Assembly (NCBI GenBank): GCA_016699595.1
Contig: CP064982.1
Coordinates: 643,118 to 707,117, forward strand
Length of the DNA: 64,000 nucleotides
DNA from: a bacterium
Lineage (GTDB): Bacteria > Patescibacteriota > Dojkabacteria > GCA-016699595
Reading direction: 5' to 3'
The notes under the pieces were generated by a model that made no database searches, was not told the origin of the DNA, and was given only the letters and a program-made list of their open reading frames with translations. The position numbers and the translations under genes are program-made. Positions 59,780 through 64,000 of the stretch are shown here, in pieces. Each line of letters begins with the position of its first letter. Position 1 is the stretch's first letter.

Positions 59780-59808
59780 TTGACAGGAACATCTTTTTTT
59801 GATAAAAA
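59780..59808 (+). promoter_or_regulatory. sigma70-like promoter candidate for ftsA
   Basis: TTGACA (59780-59785), 17-bp spacer, TAAAAA (~59803-59808), ~55 nt upstream of the ftsA ATG. Confidence 0.35.
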
Positions 59809-59863
59809 TTGCGTAAGGATTACTTCAAATATGTGATTTCTTAATTTATTCTATATAAATAAT

Positions 59864-61219
59864 ATGAAAAAAATTATTGCAGGAATTGATATTGGCTCAA
59901 CAAAGATAGCTTGTATAGTATCTTCTGTAAAAGACGGTGAAGAACCAAAGGTAATAGGCGTTGCCAGTCAACCAAGTATGGGTATAAAAAAAGGTGTAGT
60001 AGTAAATATAGATCAAGCAACAAAAGCAATTTCTATGGTAGTTGAGGCTGCAGAAAGAATGGCAGGTGTTAGAGTTAATTCAGTTTATATAACCGTTAAT
60101 GGTAAACATCTGACTTCAACAAACAATAAGGGAGTTGTTGCAACGGCAGATCCAAATGAAATTTCGCAAAATGATGTACTAAGGGCAATTGAATCAGCAA
60201 GAACAATATCTATCCCATCATCTAGAGAAATAATTCATGTTGTCCCAAGAGAATTTATAATTGACACACAACCAGGTATAAAAGATCCGATAGGTATGAG
60301 TGGTTCTAGGTTGGAAGTAGATGCTCATATAGTCTCTGCAGTATCGAATTCACTACAAAATTTAGTCAAATGCGTAGAGGCATTAGGTTTGAATGTTACT
60401 GATATAGTTTTTACAGGTTGGGCTTCAACTATATCTACACTATCTGAAACAGAGAAACAGTTAGGTGTAACTCTTTTAGATATTGGTGGCGGAACTACAT
60501 CAATTTGTTCTTTTATTGAAGATGCAATTACATACTCAGGTTCGTTGGAGTATGGTGGAATGAACTTAACTTCGGATATGGCTATAGTTCTAAGGACTAC
60601 TCTTGAGGATGCTGAGAAATTAAAAATAAATCTTAATAAAGTAATAGATTATAACCTTAAAACAAAATTGAAAGGTTCCGATGATGCAACAGCTTACCAA
60701 AGGTTGATGTCACCAAAAAAAGACAAAAAGGAAGATGAGCAAATTAGTATTGAAGAAGAAAAGGACATGTTGGATATCTCAATTCTCAACATAGGTAACT
60801 TGCAAATGGTTTCGAAAAAAATGATTGAAAGAATCATAGAAGCAAGACTCAAAGAAATCTTTGGAATGTGCAAAGATCAAATTGAACAAGCAGGTTTCAA
60901 TCCGAGAATGCCAGCAGGTGTTGTAATTACAGGAGGATCAGCTATGATACCCGGCATTGCACAAATTGCACAGTCTGTGTTTGGAATCCCAGCGCGAGTT
61001 GCATATCCAAAAGGTTTAGGCGGGATGATAGAAGAAGTAGAAAACCCTCAGTTTTCTGCACTTCAAGGTTTGATAATGCATGCTGCTGTTTATGGAATGG
61101 ATAATGAACCACAGTTGAAAACAGGGAATACATTGAGGGGCAATGGTTCAGTTGAGGATAATTTGAAAGGAGGGATATTTGATAAAGTAAAAAGAATTTT
61201 CGGAGGAATGAAAGTATAA
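59864..61219 (+). CDS. ftsA: cell-division protein FtsA
   Basis: MKKIIAGIDIGSTKIACIV..VIGVAS..GIKKGVVVNIDQATKAI. Actin-like ATPase motifs (LDIGGGTTSI). C-terminal amphipathic membrane-targeting helix GGIFDKVKRIFGGMKV. Confidence 0.9.
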   Translation: MKKIIAGIDIGSTKIACIVSSVKDGEEPKVIGVASQPSMGIKKGVVVNIDQATKAISMVVEAAERMAGVRVNSVYITVNGKHLTSTNNKGVVATADPNEISQNDVLRAIESARTISIPSSREIIHVVPREFIIDTQPGIKDPIGMSGSRLEVDAHIVSAVSNSLQNLVKCVEALGLNVTDIVFTGWASTISTLSETEKQLGVTLLDIGGGTTSICSFIEDAITYSGSLEYGGMNLTSDMAIVLRTTLEDAEKLKINLNKVIDYNLKTKLKGSDDATAYQRLMSPKKDKKEDEQISIEEEKDMLDISILNIGNLQMVSKKMIERIIEARLKEIFGMCKDQIEQAGFNPRMPAGVVITGGSAMIPGIAQIAQSVFGIPARVAYPKGLGGMIEEVENPQFSALQGLIMHAAVYGMDNEPQLKTGNTLRGNGSVEDNLKGGIFDKVKRIFGGMKV

Positions 61220-61221
61220 AA
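61166..61221 (+). repeat. direct repeat copy 1 (56 bp, 3' end of ftsA including stop)
   Basis: aaaggagggatatttgataaagtaaaaagaattttcggaggaatgaaagtataaaa. Copy 2 at 61981-62036 differs at one position. Confidence 0.8.
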
Positions 61222-61232
61222 ATTAAAATAAA

Positions 61233-61979
61233 ATGAAATTAAACACGAAAAAAGTAATATTTATAATTTTGGGAGTAATATTTGCAATACTTCTAGTGTT
61301 AATCGTTATAGATTCTATTGCTATTTATGAAAACCGCGATAATTATTCTGGTAACATTAAGTGCAGTTTACAAAATATTCCGATACTTAGAAGAATCTGT
61401 GGAGATACTAGCGATATTATTGTTAAGAAACCTGCACTTTACTTTTATCCGGTTCAAACTGAAGAAATAAATGTCAAACTAAACTTTGAAGGAAATATAT
61501 TCAAATATCCAGCTTATGATAATGATCTTGGTTGGAATATAGTAGCTAAACCAACAGGCGAATTAAATGTTGGAGATAGAAGTTATGATTATTTATTTTG
61601 GGAAGGAAAAACTGAGGCAAGTTTAAACTTTGACCTTACTAAAGGATTTATTGTTAAAAAAGAAAATGTAGTAAATTTTCTTGAAGAAAATTTAAGTAAG
61701 TTTGGACTAAACGATAAAGAAAAGTCGGAATTTATAATTTACTGGGCACCAATAATGCAGGGAAATGAAAATACTTTAGTTCATTTCGCAACAAAGGGAG
61801 AATACGATGATATACTTCCTATAGAGATTAGTCCTAAACCAGATAATTTTAATAGATTGTTTATGGTTATTAAGTCTGTTTCTAGTAAGTATAGAGTAAC
61901 CGAACAAAGCATTACAAAGTTTGATAGAAGTGGATACAATGTTTTAGAATGGGGTGGAGCAAACTTAGATGAAAAATGA
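61233..61979 (+). CDS. N-terminally anchored extracytoplasmic protein (248 aa), hypothetical, inserted between ftsA and ftsZ
   Basis: TM VIFIILGVIFAILLVLIVI followed by a ~220-aa soluble domain with no recognisable motif. Preceded by a good RBS and flanked by a 56-bp direct repeat. Confidence 0.5.
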   Translation: MKLNTKKVIFIILGVIFAILLVLIVIDSIAIYENRDNYSGNIKCSLQNIPILRRICGDTSDIIVKKPALYFYPVQTEEINVKLNFEGNIFKYPAYDNDLGWNIVAKPTGELNVGDRSYDYLFWEGKTEASLNFDLTKGFIVKKENVVNFLEENLSKFGLNDKEKSEFIIYWAPIMQGNENTLVHFATKGEYDDILPIEISPKPDNFNRLFMVIKSVSSKYRVTEQSITKFDRSGYNVLEWGGANLDEK

Positions 61980-61980
61980 A

Positions 61981-62036
61981 AGGAGGAATATTTGATAAAG
62001 TAAAAAGAATTTTCGGAGGAATGAAAGTATAAAAGA
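61981..62036 (+). repeat. direct repeat copy 2 (56 bp), untranslated duplicate of the FtsA C-terminal coding sequence
   Basis: aaaggaggaatatttgataaagtaaaaagaattttcggaggaatgaaagtataaaa, immediately after the stop of the inserted 248-aa ORF. Confidence 0.8.
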
Positions 62037-62072
62037 TGTTGATCCAAAAGTTTGTGAGATACTAAATACTTT

Positions 62073-62558
62073 ATGCAAGAGATCAAAAGAACCACAATAC
62101 TTTTTCCGATTATTCGAGATGAGCAGAGGTCAATTACACAAGTTTGGCTCGCAATGAAGAAAAGGGGATTCGGAGTAAATAAGTGGAATGGTGTTGGAGG
62201 CAAGCTTGCTGGAGCTGAAACATTTGAAGAAGCCGCTATTCGTGAAGCAAAGGAAGAAATTGGAATTGATATACTAAATTTGAGCAAATATGCAGAGATA
62301 AGTTTCAAATTCGAAAATGGGCTTCAAATATTTAGTGAAGTTTTTCTTTCTGATAGTTGGAGCAACGATCCTGCAGAATCAGAAGAAATGATGCCAAAAC
62401 TATATGATATTCAGAATATCCCCTATGATCAGATGTGGGGTGATGACAAAAAATGGTTACCATTAGTTTTAAACTTTGAAAAGTTACAAGCCAGCTTTGA
62501 ATTTGATCTAGAGGATAATATAATTAAAAGAGAAATAGTGAAAATTAAGGAATTTTAG
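62073..62558 (+). CDS. Nudix hydrolase, MTH1/NUDT1-like 8-oxo-dGTP diphosphatase
   Basis: VWLAMKKRGFGVNKWNGVGGKLAGAETFEEAAIREAKEEIGIDI closely parallels the MTH1 segment [40 protein letters not shown]. Confidence 0.8.
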   Translation: MQEIKRTTILFPIIRDEQRSITQVWLAMKKRGFGVNKWNGVGGKLAGAETFEEAAIREAKEEIGIDILNLSKYAEISFKFENGLQIFSEVFLSDSWSNDPAESEEMMPKLYDIQNIPYDQMWGDDKKWLPLVLNFEKLQASFEFDLEDNIIKREIVKIKEF

Positions 62559-62598
62559 TTAAAATATTAAATACACAAACTGCCGAAATAAAAAATAA

Positions 62599-63951
62599 AT
62601 GTTAATACAATCATCAAACAACAACTTTGCAAAAATAAAAGTAGTGGGAGTAGGAGGAGGAGGAGGCAATGCTGTGAATAATATGGTTTTGAACTACATG
62701 ATTGAAGGTGTAGAATTTGTGTCAGCCAATACAGACGCACAGGCACTTGCAAACAATAATGCAGAAGTAAAGCTTCAACTTGGACCAGAAACGACTAGAG
62801 GGCTTGGTGCTGGCGGAAATGCTAGCGTGGGAAGAAAGGCGGCAGAAGAATCTACAAGCGCAATTCAAGAGATGGTTGCAGGAGCTGACATGGTCTTTGT
62901 TACAGCTGGTATGGGTGGTGGAACTGGCACAGGTGCTGCACCAATTATTGCTAAAATTGCAAAAGAGGCAGGAGCATTGACAGTTGGGGTGGTAACAAAA
63001 CCATTTGAATTCGAAGGCAAAAGAAGGATGGTTAATGCCTTAGAGGGTATCCAAGAAATGGTAGGAGCTGTTGACACATTAATTGTTATTCCAAATCAGA
63101 GATTACTAGATATTGTAGATAAAAATGTAAGTTTTTTTGAAGCAATGAGGAAGGTTGATGATGTTTTGGGCCAAGCTGTCAAGTCAATAGCTTCGCTTGT
63201 AGTTTCTCCAGGTCTTATCAATGTCGATTTTGCTGATGTTAAGACCGTAATGACAAATGCAGGAACTGCACTTATGGGAATTGGTACAGCTCAAGGTGAT
63301 GATAGGGCAATTGAGGCTGCCAAAATGGCAGTAAACTCACCGTTGCTTGATGTGACTATAGATGGAGCAACTGGGGTGCTGTTCAATATTTCTGGTGGTC
63401 CAGATGATTTGACAATGACAGAAATTGATGATGCTGCAAAGCTTATACATCAAGTAGTTGATCCAGAGGCGAATATTATATTTGGTGCAACAATCGATCC
63501 GAATATGAAAGGTACAGTTTCAATAACAGTTATTGCTACAGGGTTTAGAGAAGATGTAAATCAATATGGTGATTATCAAGACCGCACTGATCTTGCTGAT
63601 ATGAGCAAGGCTCATACTACAAGTCAGGATTTCTATACACCAACATTTTCAATTCCTAGCTACAATATTAACGAAAGTCAAAAAGATAAAGCTGATGAAT
63701 ATAACTTAGGGGATTATCGAGAAAATGCGCTGGTTGATGACACTATAGAATTTGATGAAGTTGATAATGAGGAGAAAGCGGAGTATCCAAATTATGTAAA
63801 TTATGTGAAGCAAGAAAGTATTGATCCTCAAACGCAAAAAAATGAACCTAAAGCAGGATTTATGAGGTTTCCATTTGCAAAAAAGCAAGAAGATATAGAT
63901 CCAAATACAAATATGGATGATTTTGATACTCCTGCAATATTTAGGAGTTAA
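62599..63951 (+). CDS. ftsZ: cell-division GTPase FtsZ
   Basis: [18 protein letters not shown] (tubulin signature), ..[24 protein letters not shown].., T7 loop NVDFADV. Long acidic C-terminal tail. Confidence 0.95.
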   Translation: MLIQSSNNNFAKIKVVGVGGGGGNAVNNMVLNYMIEGVEFVSANTDAQALANNNAEVKLQLGPETTRGLGAGGNASVGRKAAEESTSAIQEMVAGADMVFVTAGMGGGTGTGAAPIIAKIAKEAGALTVGVVTKPFEFEGKRRMVNALEGIQEMVGAVDTLIVIPNQRLLDIVDKNVSFFEAMRKVDDVLGQAVKSIASLVVSPGLINVDFADVKTVMTNAGTALMGIGTAQGDDRAIEAAKMAVNSPLLDVTIDGATGVLFNISGGPDDLTMTEIDDAAKLIHQVVDPEANIIFGATIDPNMKGTVSITVIATGFREDVNQYGDYQDRTDLADMSKAHTTSQDFYTPTFSIPSYNINESQKDKADEYNLGDYRENALVDDTIEFDEVDNEEKAEYPNYVNYVKQESIDPQTQKNEPKAGFMRFPFAKKQEDIDPNTNMDDFDTPAIFRS

Positions 63952-64000
63952 GTTTGCTGACTTTCAAAACTAATTTGGTTATTGAGATTCAATCGTTGAG

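Noticed and set aside
1-64000. Alternative genetic code (UGA = Gly, code 25) as in some CPR lineages
   Set aside because: recA and other genes terminate at TGA at the expected full-length positions, and proteins have normal lengths under code 11.
1-64000. CRISPR arrays, transposases, integrases, phage structural genes
   Set aside because: No spaced direct-repeat array was seen. No ORF shows DDE, tyrosine- or serine-recombinase, or terminase motifs. The only direct repeat found (61166/61981) flanks a non-mobile-looking gene.

Overview
Low-GC (~30%) bacterial chromosome segment. TGA is used as a stop codon, so this is the standard bacterial code and not code 25. Dense coding, a short IF-2, scattered gat genes and many small or large surface/membrane proteins suggest an uncultivated small-genome lineage such as CPR/Patescibacteria; that placement is inference only. 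The window spans the probable replication origin. A run of about 24 kb of minus-strand genes (2385-26377) ends in a ~700-bp AT-rich intergenic region that holds a perfect DnaA box, a GC-rich 'ACTGCC' repeat island and an AT tract, directly upstream of dnaA (27084-28445, + strand). Recognisable housekeeping genes are polA (partial), recA, cysS, infB, dnaA, ssb, yifB/comM, sufC-like, tsaE, a MutM/Nei-family (Fpg/Nei-like) DNA glycosylase/AP lyase, a MazG-like NTP pyrophosphohydrolase, two DNA-ligase family proteins with divergent motifs, a class I SAM-dependent methyltransferase, xth, a MoxR/RavA-type AAA+ ATPase, gatB, def, rpsO, dnaN, apbE, ftsA, ftsZ, tRNA-Leu(CAG) and tRNA-Arg (anticodon read as GCG). 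Accessory content, in window order: (1) a large glycosylation locus (GT39 Pmt-like, two further GT-C-like membrane proteins, GT4, Gmd, FkbM methyltransferase, GtrA-fused GT2 polyprenol-P-sugar synthase, a YcaO-domain protein, HAD hydrolase, soluble GT2, LmbE deacetylase) lying next to two giant Ser/Thr- and Cys-rich DUF11-type surface proteins that are plausible O-glycosylation substrates; (2) a recurrent C-terminal 'LPN(S/L)(A/I)' + TM + basic-tail motif in three proteins, which is sortase-signal-like; (3) an operon of a dCMP-deaminase-family protein and a thymidylate-synthase-family protein, each with a large extra domain, the ThyA-like one carrying an MtrA-like N-terminal domain; (4) a DNA-repair island, where Fpg/Nei, MazG-like, ligase and xth calls are made; one feature I could not resolve reliably (41950-42675); (5) a co-oriented array of six small Cys-containing membrane proteins, four or five sharing a TM-loop-TM hairpin, downstream of dnaN; (6) a gene inserted between ftsA and ftsZ, flanked by a ~56-bp direct repeat that duplicates the FtsA C-terminal amphipathic helix and its stop codon. 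No CRISPR array, transposase or integrase was found. All calls come from reading motifs in the translated ORFs. No database search could be run.
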